NCBI RefSeq assembly: GCF_009914755.1
Contig: NC_060941.1
DNA length: 64,000 nucleotides
Direction: 5' to 3' (one strand)
Source: the human T2T-CHM13v2.0 reference genome, Homo sapiens
Shown: positions 1-18,319 of the stretch, piece by piece
How the letters are laid out: each line of letters begins with the position of its first letter
Numbering within the stretch: the first letter of the stretch is position 1
Program-made: the position numbers and the translations under genes
Notes under the pieces: generated by a model
Told to the model about the DNA's origin: nothing
What the model saw: the letters and a program-made list of their open reading frames with translations, nothing else
Databases searched by the model: none

Positions 1-728
1 TTGGCTAGAAAAGTCAACAGTTCAGTTTTGGTTAGTTATTCCCTTTCTGACAAACATTAAAATGGAAAGAAAATGCTAACTGGGTGACAGGAATTTAACT
101 TATTCCTGGGTTAAAATAGTTTTTGACTTTGTATGATTGATTTCATGTCTCAAGCCCACCCCACCCCCATTTCAATGATACTGAGCATAGTTTCGCTTAA
201 ATTCACCAAAATATTGCTGGCCTATAAATAGTATACTAGCCATTTCCATTAGCTAGCACCATGGCCATAAAATTGTACTAAACAAGAAGTGGAATGTTCT
301 GAAAATTCCATTTTCACTAAGTTATTGCCTAGGCTTTAATTTCTGCCTATGTGGGGCTATGTGCCTCACTTTCCGGCTTCTGCAGGTTGAGGATAAAAGA
401 AAATCTATAAAATTACATTATAACAATTTTGAACTCATTTTTTTAAAGTTTTGATTAGCATAATGCTGTTACTAATCCAATGGTTCCTAAGCCTAAGATT
501 TATGTTTACCAACACTTGAAAATAACTATCTAGAATTTAAAGAAATATAGCAAATGCAAAAATGCATCTTAAATTCTTATTGTTCAACTTATTTATCCAT
601 AGCCCAATTTATTATAAAAGACCTAACTTGTCAGTGTTTTCTAACACTGTGGGTCAAATATTTCTTGGCCAATATCTGTCCCTTTACCTTCTATCCCAAA
701 ACCCTTGTCAGGCCAATGAACTACTCAC

Positions 729-806
729 TGTCCCTAGAGACTGCAAAACTTCAAAGAAAGGAAGAGTATTCCTACTTACACCAATGGAATGAAGATGTAT
801 CTTGGA
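729..806 (-). other. Candidate alternative in-frame exon/microexon set in KANSL1 intron 4
   Basis: Two acceptors and two donors, all in phase and stop-free (see findings). Motif evidence only. Confidence 0.35.
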
Positions 807-1059
807 CTGTGTAAAAAGAAACAGCAATAGCTTACATTTTTAGCATGCCTTTCTTCTGAGAAAGCATTAGCTCTTCACTTAATAGTACACTTGTTTTTCT
901 CATCACTTCTGTAAAGTAGGATGAGCAAGGAAAGGGTAAAGGAGCAGGATCATTTTACAAACAGAAACTAACACACAAATAATGTGTTACTTGTTAATTG
1001 CCATAGAAGCAATGTTTTTCGCTAAACAAAACCCTCCTTAACGTCAAATCTAGTATTTT

Positions 1060-3263
<2,204 letters not shown>

Positions 3264-3738
3264 TAAAAGAATGAAGAAAAAATGTATCTAGCATTAATAA
3301 AACAAACTTCATTCATACATAAATCTGTACAGTCTACAGGTTCCTATCAGTTACAGTACTCACTTAAGATAAATATAGAATCCATTCTGAATTGGCCAAA
3401 ATATCCAACACTCCATCACAGAAAAGTATTTGCAGTTACCTGATAATGCCAGGCTCTTTCAAGCCTATGCTGCATTACACATTACTCCCTACACCATGCT
3501 TCAGCAAGTCCATAAGACTCAGAAAAAAGTCCATCCTTCCCTAGGAAACTACCTTTACTGACTCCCTCCAGCACTCCCATTTTATGCTTGTTGGAAGAAC
3601 AAGAAGCACTCAAGAAAAGATAGATACCTGGTTCTACTTAGTCTTTCAGACACAAAGTGCAGTCTGGAACAATGACAATTAGCTTTTACTAACTTTCATT
3701 ATCTATCAAACATTGTTAAAAGCAAATTATAAATTTTA

Positions 3739-4135
<397 letters not shown>

Positions 4136-4675
4136 TTGTTTTGGCTCTTGAAAATACTTAACATTTCCATACATACTTGAAAATCAATGTTCAATTGTTA
4201 CCAAAAACAACACAACATAAACCAAAAAATCTTGCTGGGATTTTTCACTGGGTTTGCATTGAATCATTGTGTCTAACATTGACTCTTCTAACACATAAAT
4301 ACAGCATACATCTCCGTTCACTTATGTAATCTTTTTCAGAAGTTTTATGGTTTCAGCAATAAAGTCATTAACGTCTTTTGTTAGATTTATTCCTAAGTAT
4401 TTTATGTTTCTTGATACTACCGCAAATGGAACTGTTTCTCCGGGTTATTTTTCAGTTGTTTGCTCTAATAAATAAAAATAGAATTGACTTTTATATATTG
4501 ACCCCGTACCTGGAGACCTTGGCTAAATCTCTAATTCTCACAGGTTTAGGGAATTCCATGGGGTTTCTAAGTATCATATCTTCAAATACAAGCAGTTTTG
4601 CCCTACCTTTTCCAATTTCCATGCCTTTAATTGCTTTTTTCTTGCAATATTGCATTAGCCAAGACAGAGTACAAT

Positions 4676-5508
<833 letters not shown>

Positions 5509-7283
5509 TAAATTCAAAAATCCAGTCATTAAGTTCCTCAATTTTTTTCCATCTTTTTTTTTCTTTTTCCTCATGACTAAGAATCATATTCTCATGTTTA
5601 TTCATATGTATGGTAATTTTCTATTATATACAGACAATGTATGCAATACATTATAGAGACTCTGAATTTAGTTAGCTTTTCCTAAAGAGTGTTGATTTTT
5701 GTTCTAGCAGGCATACTACTACTACCTGGTTACCTTCATTTTGTGGAGCTAGTTTTGTTTTTATAAAAGCATAGTGGAGTCTATTTTGGTTCCCTCCTTA
5801 ATCCTATGGTGAATGCCTTCGTCCTGGGAAACATTCTTTAACTCTTTAAGTGTGAGCCTTTATTGGTTTCAATCAAAGCCCTCAGGTTTTTGCCAAGTCT
5901 AGTTGGAATTCGAACTCCAAATTCTGCCTTCCCTGCATTAGGCAATGATGATCTTCTCTGCTCAGCTCTTTCAGCCTTCCAATTACTGCTTTCCACTATG
6001 CCCTATAAAATCTTCCCTAAACATGTGCAGGTCAGGGGTGAGCACAAAGATCTGAAAGGGGCTCAAATAGATTGTGGGCCTATGCCCCTCCCCATCTCCC
6101 ATAGCTCCCTCTTTGCCACTATTCCCCTCCTTCAATTTCTACCTACTTGGCAGCCCTGAACTCCATCCTCTGATAATATACAAACAAGCCCATGAAGCAG
6201 TGACTATTGAATTCTAGAAGCTCTGGGGCACATGGACTGAGAATGCTCTCATCTCTTCCTGGCAATACTTTCTGTCTGAAATTTTGCTGACATTGTTGAG
6301 TAATTTACCTAGTAATATGCACAGGTTCCAAGCTTGCCCTTCTTTGCTCATTACTTTTTCTTAAGCAGGGGAAAGCAAGCTTCTATTTGAAGAGAGAGAA
6401 TGAGAAGGTGGGGAAGATAAGAGGCATGTTTCAATACACTAGAGAACAACTCTCAACCGCTTTTTACATGCTCTCTTTCCAAGGGCACACCCTCTTTGTT
6501 CAAAAGGAGTCTTAAATTTCACAGAAGCATTTATCTGTACACACGACTTATCGGCAGCTACCAAGCTAGAGGCCCGTTAAGTTTTCTCTCCCTCAGCTAG
6601 CCTTACACCTTTAAAACTGCCTTTGAGTCAGAAGTCAGAATGAAGAGGTTAAAATAAAAAAAGAGGCATTTTTCTAGGCATTCCTCCTTAGGTCTTCCCT
6701 TTCTCTAACCCACTACTCTGTGGTATAAAAACAGTACCCACTTCCCTAACCCAGAAAATATTCCTTGATTTGCTCCATGACTCAAAAAAGGTTCACCCAT
6801 GAATTCAGTCTCCAGTTCTTTTGCTCATAGGTTGGGTCCTTTTAGAACAACTTAGTTCAATAATATCTGTACTGTATTCAAGACCCAAGCAGATATATAC
6901 TGGTTCTGTCAATAAACAATCATCCTGTTTGGAAATAAAGCAAAAAGACTATGTATCCTTGCAGTGTACCACTGGGACATTACCTAACAAGCCCACCCAG
7001 GAAACATCTGACTCTCCATAAATTATTTAACTTTGTTTTACCTACTATCTATAATTGATTAGGGCCCAGAAGTCTTACTGGATGTTTATTTTAGAACGCT
7101 GACAAGTTAAAGTTGGTTTGCATCTTGTTGAAAACAATGTCCAAAGTTACAGCTTTATTGTTCTATAGGATATTAATAACTTTTGTATGCTACTGAGTAA
7201 TCATATTCCTGCATTCTTCCTTTTTATCTGGTATTAAAATACTGTTAACAGTTTGGCCACCATCATGATTCCCTTGTTATTCA

Positions 7284-7958
<675 letters not shown>

Positions 7959-10023
7959 GGAATAAATACACCTACCTCCATTTGGGGAAAAAATTAACAA
8001 AATGGAAAACAGGCTGGTTACATGTGGGTATGAAAACCTACAGTTGCCCTCTGTCCCGGGCAACCTAATTTTTTTTTTTAAGCAAAACTGAGAAAAGTCA
8101 CTTTCCTAAAATTTAAAACAAAACAAAACAAAAAAACCTGGGGAACAAACAAGCAAAGTTAAATACTGCCTTCTTATACAGAAAAACTTTGCCTGGCAAT
8201 TGACATACGCACAGCTTTGCAAATATTTGGCATTTTAAAAATTTAAGTCAATAGCTTTTAAGAAACATATGCTCTGCGCCCATTCTACTAATAATAAACA
8301 ATGGAAATGTATTGTCCCTGCTCCCCCCACCCCACCCCCCAACCCCTGTCTTCTCTTAATACTTTCTGAACGCTTTTCAGAAAGCATGGATATATTCATA
8401 AAGGGTAGATAATTCACGAAAACAGGGAAGGGGTAATCTCTCCTTGACAAAATAGTGACAGTGTATACTTAGTTGTTTTCATTATTTATTTTACTCAATC
8501 CAAAAAGCATTCTATTGCACAATGTTGAAACTAGTATGGCCAACACAAAGGGAAAGATGGTCTTGACCTTCAAGAATCTTACAATTTAATACACACACAG
8601 GAATCTTACAATTTAACACACAAGTAAATGAATGAAGGGTAGGGAAAGGACCAAGCTCCTAAAGAGTGTGTGTGTACAAGTGAATCTGTATAAACTGTCT
8701 CACAATCACTGTGGATTTTTTAAGACAATGAGGATTAGTAACACAATGGAGGACTGTTATGCCCTGTCCTTCAGAAGTGCTGAGGTAAGAGAAAACATGA
8801 CTACAGGGAGATTACTCAAAAAAGTTTGGAATCCCTAAATTCTATATACAAATATATAAGTATCTACATAGAACTTACTCCCCTATCACATATGCCTCAT
8901 GTTTCATGTTTCCTGTACCCATACCACCAATGTATCTATGTTTCCTTTCTCACTTAACAATTTTTACCCTGATTAGACCATTCACTAAAAGTTTCATTAA
9001 TAACTTAAAAAAGATCTGTAAACAGCATGCAATGAACTTATATTATAGACTTAAATAGTGGCAAAACTTGGCATTCTGCTCTTTAATTTATTCAAAACTA
9101 CTTTCCAGTTAAGAACTATCAATCTTCTAGTGTCTTCACATTTATCTCTAGCAACAGTGGCTGGCTTTCAAAATTAGGTGAGAGATCTTTCCAAGATCTA
9201 AACATCTCCAATATCTGCCTCAGAGAAAATTTAGTTTCCACCACATCATGCGTTCCTGCTAACAATGATTAAAATAAATAAAAGAACTATAAGGTTGGTT
9301 TATTTGCGGATACAAGAACAGCTTGCTTAACTCACCATTTAAAAAGCCATCACTTCACACTAGCTTTATTATCTGAAGCATAATCAAAATAATAAACTAC
9401 GGTTGTGGGACTTTGGAATTTCTAATTAAGTTATGGAGACTTAAATCAAGAAATATGAATATTCATAAAACCCAGTAACCTTTTAGGCAAAGTAAAAAAG
9501 TGAAAAGAACAAGTGCTCTTGGAATTCAGAAAGAAAATTAACTATGGTATTGAGAGAAACCAGGAAAGAGAAGGAATCACAGTAGAGCTAGGATACAGAA
9601 GGAAACAGAAAATGACAGTTTAATGCTCATTATAGAATAACAGTGAATCACCCACAGAGACCATTTTCAGTGTTCTTGTGAATTTAACCTCTAGTCTAAC
9701 CTTTTAATGAAAAGGCTATAATATATTAGAGTGGCCCAGAAAGGTGACCTTATGTCTCAGGTGTCAGAGCCACACCCAGGTCTCCTGATTCCCAATGATA
9801 CTCCCTAAAGCCTTACTTGCTCTGGCTGTAGTGTTTTGAGAATTGGAGCTGCTTTTAATCCTATGGTCAGCTACACAGCTGCAGGATGGGCCCTAGATTC
9901 CCTATTCAGGAATTCAGATCTTAAAACACCAAAAGTGATAAAAGTAGATACAGTTCCCCTTCTTCAGCCAATGCAAGGATCCTAGTTACAGAGAAAAAAC
10001 GGTGTGCCAAGACAACACCCTTA

Positions 10024-10236
<213 letters not shown>

Positions 10237-10540
10237 TCAAAAGGACTGTTGGTGTACTAGAGGCCCCCTCTTCCTCACCCTATGGTTCAGAAACAAACTA
10301 CAGCAGCAGCAGCTTTGTTTTCCCAAAGAGCTATTTCAACAAGCAGCAGACCCAGGCTCCCCTCTCTGCCACTTGACTGCTCTGACCTACATGGCTCATC
10401 AGCCATTTAGCATCTTTATTCATATCTTTCAGATATGAAATCTTTACCAGATTATGGCATTTATACCATATTACTAGACTCCACTAGATTAACAGCAGCA
10501 ATGCAGTTTTTGTAGCCAACAAATGCAGTTTATGACTTAC

Positions 10541-10588
10541 TAAGCTGAAAATGCTACTATTCTTAATCATGTACTCCACCAACTATAC
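10541..10588 (-). other. Candidate 48-nt poison exon in KANSL1 intron 3
   Basis: ttttgtttgtgcag|GTATAG...GCTTA|gtaagt, with stops in all frames. Motif evidence only. Confidence 0.3.
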
Positions 10589-11693
10589 CTGCACAAACAA
10601 AACTGAATGAAACAAATGTGGAACAGTCCCCTACAATTTATGAGAAACCAAGAGCTTCTTAAAAGCTGGCCCAAAGGAACCTGCTTTTTTCATAAGCATA
10701 AATATTACTTCAGATTAAGTTCCTGCTTGACAATTTCAAATTCAGACCTTTGGAAATTCATTCCAGGAAACAATTTACATAAAAAGAAATTAAAAATGAA
10801 CCCACAAGTCCTCCCCATTGTACATATAATGAGCCAGGATGGGTAAAGGCAGAAGGTATCTTATTATTAAAAAAACAAAATACTACATATGAATCCCACC
10901 ATGTATACCAGAAGAGGTGACAAAAATAAGGCTATGACACTATATAACCGAAAGACTGGGATGCAAGTGATCAGGGTTCCCAATCTCTTTCTCTGGTCTA
11001 AAAAATAGAGATCTAACTAGATTAAGAAGCTCTTAATGGAAATTTATTATCAGAATCACCTGGGGAACCTTATCAAACTATACTGGCTTAGGTCCAACAT
11101 CTACTCAGTACCTCTGGGGGTGGGGCCAGGTAGTCTACCTTTTTATGGGGGAAGGGAGGCAGGACATGGTGGGTACATGGAGGTGGGTGTCTCTCTCCTC
11201 CCCCACCCCGCCAACCCCACTATGTTACCGAGGCTGATCTCAAACTCCTGGGCTCCAGCAATCCTCCCACCTCAGCCTCTGGAGTAGCTGGGATGACAGG
11301 TGCCTACCACCATGCCCAGAGGTGGATATTCTACTATTCTTTAAAAGCTCCCCTGGTAAGTCCTAAACTTGTAAAGTTGAAAAACACTAGACTTGATTAG
11401 TTTGGGCTCAAAGAACATCCTAAAGTATAGATTTGGGGGACTAGGGATTGTGACTATTAGTCTTAGCTCTCTAGGCCATACGACAGACTCTTATGAGCCA
11501 CTAAACCAGATGATCCATCCCTGGGGTCCTTGTAACTAAAAAACCAATATGAAATACAAGCTGCAGAAAAGGGGAAAACATTAAGAAAGAAAAATGGAAT
11601 TTTATTTCAGTTTTTAAAAAAGAAGTATGTATCTCTTTTTCTCTTGAAGCAAAAGAAGCACTGCCTCCCTATTCTGGAATATGACTACACTTA

Positions 11694-12360
<667 letters not shown>

Positions 12361-13117
12361 TCAGAAACAAGAGAAAGGCCATTAACTAGTAAGCAAGAAA
12401 CATTAACCCTAGCCTTTAAAATGAGGTTTCTCTGGTTAAAGAACTTCTGCTTCAAAATATTTTCTTCCCTAAATCAAAAGCATAAGATATACCTTACAAA
12501 CTTTATCACATCCAAATAAAAACTATTTGCAAAAGACAGTTATCTTGTACACCACTGCCTTCTCAAAACGTTGTATTCAACAGATATTCCCTACTTAAGG
12601 GCCCAAACTGTCTTCCTGCTTCCTGTACAAAGCATGCCAAAAATCATTTTATTATTCAAATTTTCCCATAACCGGTTCCTAAGAACTTTTTTAAAGATCA
12701 ATTTCCAACTACTTTCCCCAAATATTTGTTAGTGTTATACCAATCTCATCATCTCCTAGACAAATGTTTCAATGAATGTGAAGCTGTTGCTGCTGCTGGA
12801 GGTAAGGGTTATTAGTCAGTAGAAGGTTAAAAAAAACTGAATTAAAGGTTAACACATGAGCTGTTCATCTTTATTTATACTCATTTTTATATTTTATCAG
12901 TCCAAATTGCCGTTCGTCCTTCCAAAGAGATTTTCAACAAGTCCCACCTCCTTCCAAGAAAATGTCCCGGGTTAATGAGTTCCTACTTGCTTTATCCACA
13001 CTGCCAGACCTCCTAAAGCACGGTGATTGTATCTTACTTTCTGTGTATTTAAATCTCATTTCCAGAGCATTCATAATCTTATGCCACATTATTTATTTCA
13101 CTTATTATTGCCTCAGT

Positions 13118-13549
13118 TTCTTGTTTGTTGAGACAGGGTCAAGCTCTGTCACCTGTGCTGGAGTGCAGTGGTGTGGTCACGAATCACTGTAACCTCCCCC
13201 TCCCGGGCTCAAGTGATCCTCCCACCTCAACCCCATAAATAGCTGGGATAACAGGTGCATGCCACCACATCCAGCTAATTTTTGTATTTTTTTGGTAGAG
13301 ATGGGGTTTCACCAAGTTGCTCAGGCTGGTCTCGAACTCTTGGACTCAAGTAATGCACTTGCCTCAAACTCCCAAAGTGCTGGGATAACAGGTGCAAGCC
13401 ACCACACCCAGCTAATTGTTCTATTTTTTGGTAGAGATGGACTTTCACCATGTTGCCAAGGCTCGTCTCAAACTCCTAGACTCAAGCAATCCACCTGCCT
13501 CGGCCTCTCAAAGTGCTGGGATTACATGTGCAAGCCGCTGCACCCAGCC
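13118..13549 (-). mobile_element. AluJ plus an extra left monomer (trimeric arrangement)
   Basis: Right arm, left arm, then a second left arm at 13413-13549. Confidence 0.85.
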
Positions 13550-14226
13550 TTTAATTGTTAACTAATGTTAGTTTATTGAAGATGTGGACAAAATACAAAT
13601 ATATTTAAATGACCCATGTCCCTTAGCAGAGTCATACACCAAGAAAATAAATGCATAGCAAATATTTGTTGAGTTGTATAATTTTTTTCCTAACAGGAAA
13701 ATATTAACTTTATAATAATTATAGCCAGAAGATAAATAAATCTAACAATTAGATATAAAATTACTCCTTCAATTTTTCTTTTTCAGTTATATGAAAGTAA
13801 GGACGCAGTCAGTATTTTCCAAAGGGAAGAATTTTTCCTTAAACTACAGAATAATTTCTAAATACAACCCTCAGATAGATTATGAAGACATCTCCTAAGA
13901 GAGTATAATAAAACTTGGTAGGGACCATCTATTCATCGACATAATTTTATAGACCCACAGAGGATGTAGGTCAAAGCTTATGTCTCTACAGGCCAATACA
14001 TGGCAGAACTGGGGCAAAAGTCTGCATCTAACTAATATTTCATTCCTCTTTTGTTCAGTTAATTAAATCATTTATCCGCTCATCAGCATTTGTTAGGTAC
14101 TAAGGATACAAGAAAAAATGAGAGACCTATCCCTCTCCCCTAACCCATCCTTCAAAGTGCTTATTACGTTCTAATACTGCGGCAAAGAAAAACAATGTAA
14201 ATAGGTAAATGTTATGTACTACATTA

Positions 14227-14687
<461 letters not shown>

Positions 14688-16249
14688 CTTGAATGTTTAT
14701 TTGAAGACAGAATCAACCAGCTATGCCAATGTGCTTACAAGATAGGAGGGAAAAGAGTCAGAGACACTGCCAAGGTTTCTAGCTTCCACAACCAGAAGAA
14801 TGGAACTCTTCTTCATTTGTTCAGAGGACATTTGAATACACATTAGTTTTAATTAAACCTATTTTTGAAAATATGTGCTCAAGTGTTACACTGAAGCAAC
14901 CAACAATCATCCATACACTGTCCATTGCCCCCAAGATATGTAAGTTCACTATGGCATTCAAAACCAAACACTGGATCCTCTAATTTAATACTGTACCTCA
15001 CACCAAAAAGGATGAAAACAGCTAAAAAGAGGCTGAGCAAATAAAAAGCATCCAAGTAGGTAAGAGTCATTCATGCAGGTAGCATCTATTGAGTGGCTAC
15101 CACGTGCAAGGTAGTGTGAAAACACAGTAATAAAATAAAAACAGATTCTACCATAAGGAGCTTATGTTCATCTAGCCTTGAACAGACAAAGAGACAAAGT
15201 ATTATGACAGTACTATAACAGAAGTTGAGAGAAGGTGATGTCAGAGCAGAAAAGAGCCTAACTGAAGAGACTGATGAAAGTGAGGCTTTACAGAGGAGGT
15301 CTACATAATTACTTAACATTCCCCAAAATATATTTAATATATTTTGAGCTATACTTATTCATTAACTATACACTTAATGACTTTGCCCTTTTCTGTATAC
15401 AATGTTTCATATGCCACAATAACACTTATTTCGGATAAAGTTTACTCATGTTTAATAACCATGAAAAGAAAGGTTAGCATTAGCTGAGAAAACTTCATAA
15501 TGTTCTACTCCACACCTGTCATGCTACCCCAACATGGGCTTCCCTAACATTCCAGGTTTAAACTGGGTCAGTGTTGAATAGCTGTGCCATTAGCCTGGTG
15601 GCAATAAACTTAGGGCTGCTGTACTATGAAATAGCAACCGGTAGAAGCCGAAGAAAAAGGTCAAGAGTCTCCTTTTCCTTCGCCATGTCCCGAGTCAGAG
15701 CCAGGATCATGCTTAGGCTGCACAGGCCTAGAAAACTCCAAGAGTGAAGCAAGCTTCTGCTTTACACAAGGACCAAAGGAACTGGAATGGGTCACAGTTA
15801 CATGCAGCCTTAATACCTCCTAAGTGACTCCTCTGTGGATGAACCCTCTCTCAACTGTATTTGCAATACAGCTAACAGGCAATTTCACATACTTCCTTAC
15901 ATCACTCTATCAGGTCAATCTTCCCTATGCATCTCAAGACAAACCAGTGACCCCACTGCAGACCAGTTCCACAAGAATCACCCTGGGCTACCTGGAAAAG
16001 ATAAGTTGTCTAAAGTGCTTTAAAAAACCCTATTAAGATGAGAACTTCAACAGCTTTATGAAAATTTTGAAGAGAAAGGTGTTATAAGCTTCTGCAGTTC
16101 CCATTCAACTCCTTCCCTATTCAAAAGTTTCAATGCTCTTCCACCTCCCATCCTCAATAACATTTCCATCCTCAGCTACAGCTGTGTAATCTCAAAGAGT
16201 AGTCAGAAGAGGAGATTTTAAAAAACAACGTAAGAGTCAAGCCAGTGCT

Positions 16250-16516
16250 TCTGGGAGGCCAAGGCAAGGAGGATCACTTGAGGTCAAGAGTTTGAGACCA
16301 GCCTGGACAACACAGCGAGACCCCATCCTTTAAAATAAAAAAAACCCTTTAACAATTAGCTAAGCATGGTGGGACTTGCCTATGGTCCCAGCTACTTGTA
16401 CTTGCAAGGCTAAGGTAGGAGGATAGCTTGAGCCCAGGAGTTTCAGGTTACAAAGAACTATGATCTGGCCATTGCACCTCAGCCTGGGCAACAGAGCAAG
16501 ACCCTGCCTCTTAAAA
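16250..16516 (+). mobile_element. AluJ
   Basis: Diverged dimeric Alu. Confidence 0.85.
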
Positions 16517-17354
16517 ACTGCTTAGTCCCTATTCTTTCCCCTCATTTACCAGGTGTGAAATTTCAACAAACATGTTTCAGTGAAATGATGAAAAGGACAC
16601 AACAGCAAAGTATGTTAGAAAAAAAATGCTTTGGAATCAGATAAAAAGTCCTGAGTTTAAATTTAGCTCTGCCTTTTACAAGCCTCTGAAGATTTATTCT
16701 GATCATTAAACGAACATACATGAGTAAACCTTTAATTAGTATACACTCAAGGTACGTATATTGTTTTCGTTTCTCCTTCTAAAGCATGGAAGAGTTTCTT
16801 TTTAAAAAACAAGCTGACAAACTATGAAAATTAAAAGAGTACAACAGCATGCAGAAGTAGTACAGAGGAGTTCCTAGAAGTTATATTCTTTCTCCAGAGA
16901 GCAATATTATTCCCAAAAGGGACTCTACTCACTTCACAGCTTGGAAGGTAATACCTACCTTCTGACAGAACAGAAACTGGTGTCTGGATCCTAGAATCAC
17001 CTAGCAGTAGTCACAAATACTTTTTTTTTTTTTGGTAATACGCCACTTAAATAAAATTAATGTTAATAAGCAACAAAGTAAATCCTTAAAAAGAAAAGCC
17101 CCACCATCCCTCCAATCTCCCACCCGAAGACAAATTATAACTCAACAGCCTATCACCAAGATTCAGCCTATCACCTAGGTTCATCTCAAAAAAAAAAAAA
17201 AGACCTGTGCAACCCAGGAAGTGCTGGGAAATCTTGGTGCAGCATGGAAAATATGAAATATGAACACCAACCCACTTAACCAAAACACATAGGAAAAACT
17301 TTCTTCCATTTCAGTAACTAAAAAAAAAACCCAAGCACTTAAAGTGATTACTAA

Positions 17355-17500
17355 CTTGAGCAATAGCTCTGCACTCACTTGGATGTGTAACCATGAACAA
17401 ACTACTTGACTGCTCTGATCTTCCATTGTTTATCTTGAAAATCGTGAATGAGAGTAAAATGCTTAGCACAGTGCCTGACATATCACAAGTGCTCAAAAAC
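17355..17500 (+). mobile_element. MIR
   Basis: MIR core gctctgcactcacttggatgtgtaacc...gcttagcacagtgcctgacata. Confidence 0.7.
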
Positions 17501-17570
17501 TTCTATTAATTATAGTGTTACATAAAGACTAAATGCATGTGAATATATCATTGGGGGAAAATTCCATGGC

Positions 17571-18011
17571 TTGTTAGAGCAAGTTGAATATTGTCTCTTC
17601 CAAATTTATGTTCACCCAGAACCTGTGAATATGACCTTGTTTAGAAAAAGGGTCTTTGCAGATGTAATCAAGTTATGAAGAGCCATTTAGTGTGGGCTCT
17701 AAATTCAATATGACTGGTGTCCTCCTGACATGGAAATCTACACAGATGCAAAGAGAAAGATGGTCATATGAAGATGGAGGCAGCAACTGCAGTGATGTAG
17801 CTACAGGCCAAGAACACCAAGGACTAGCACAATATCAGAAGCTGGAAAAAGACAAGGAAGGATTCTTCCCTAGAGCCTCCATAGAGACCATGGCCCTTTT
17901 GACACCATAATTTCAGACTTCTGGCCTCCAGAACGGTGAGAGAACACATTTCTGATTTTTTAAGCCATCCCATTTGTGATAGTTTGTTATGACAGTCTAG
18001 GAAACTAATCC
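17571..18011 (+). mobile_element. MLT1 (ERVL-MaLR, MLT1B/C-like) solo LTR
   Basis: Typical motifs ttcacccagaacctgtgaatatgaccttg, gggtctttgcagatgtaatcaag, ttcagacttctggcctccagaac and the end ctaggaaactaatcca. Confidence 0.85.
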
Positions 18012-18319
18012 ATTTGTTGAAAAAGAAATGTATAAATACGACACGTAAAGCTGTGAATTTTCTTGATGCATTACTTATTGGAACTATCAACCTAGTTTTA
18101 TTCTTCCTATCGGAACTCTGAGAAGTAAAAGATTATCTATGATGTTGTATTTTACAGACCAAGAATCTGAAGCTCAGAAATGTTAAGTGACTTTTCTTCT
18201 CAAGGTTCATGTAAGCAGCTGGTAGCAAAGCCACGATTAGAAACAAAAATTTACCAAGTCCAAGTATGGTGCTTAATACAATACGCTTTGAATGATGAAA
18301 CTCTTGGATAAGCAACATA

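Noticed and set aside
8574-8624. Imperfect 27-bp tandem repeat (gaatcttacaatttaa...acacac)
   Set aside because: Ordinary slippage duplication in old repeat-derived DNA; two copies only, not an array.
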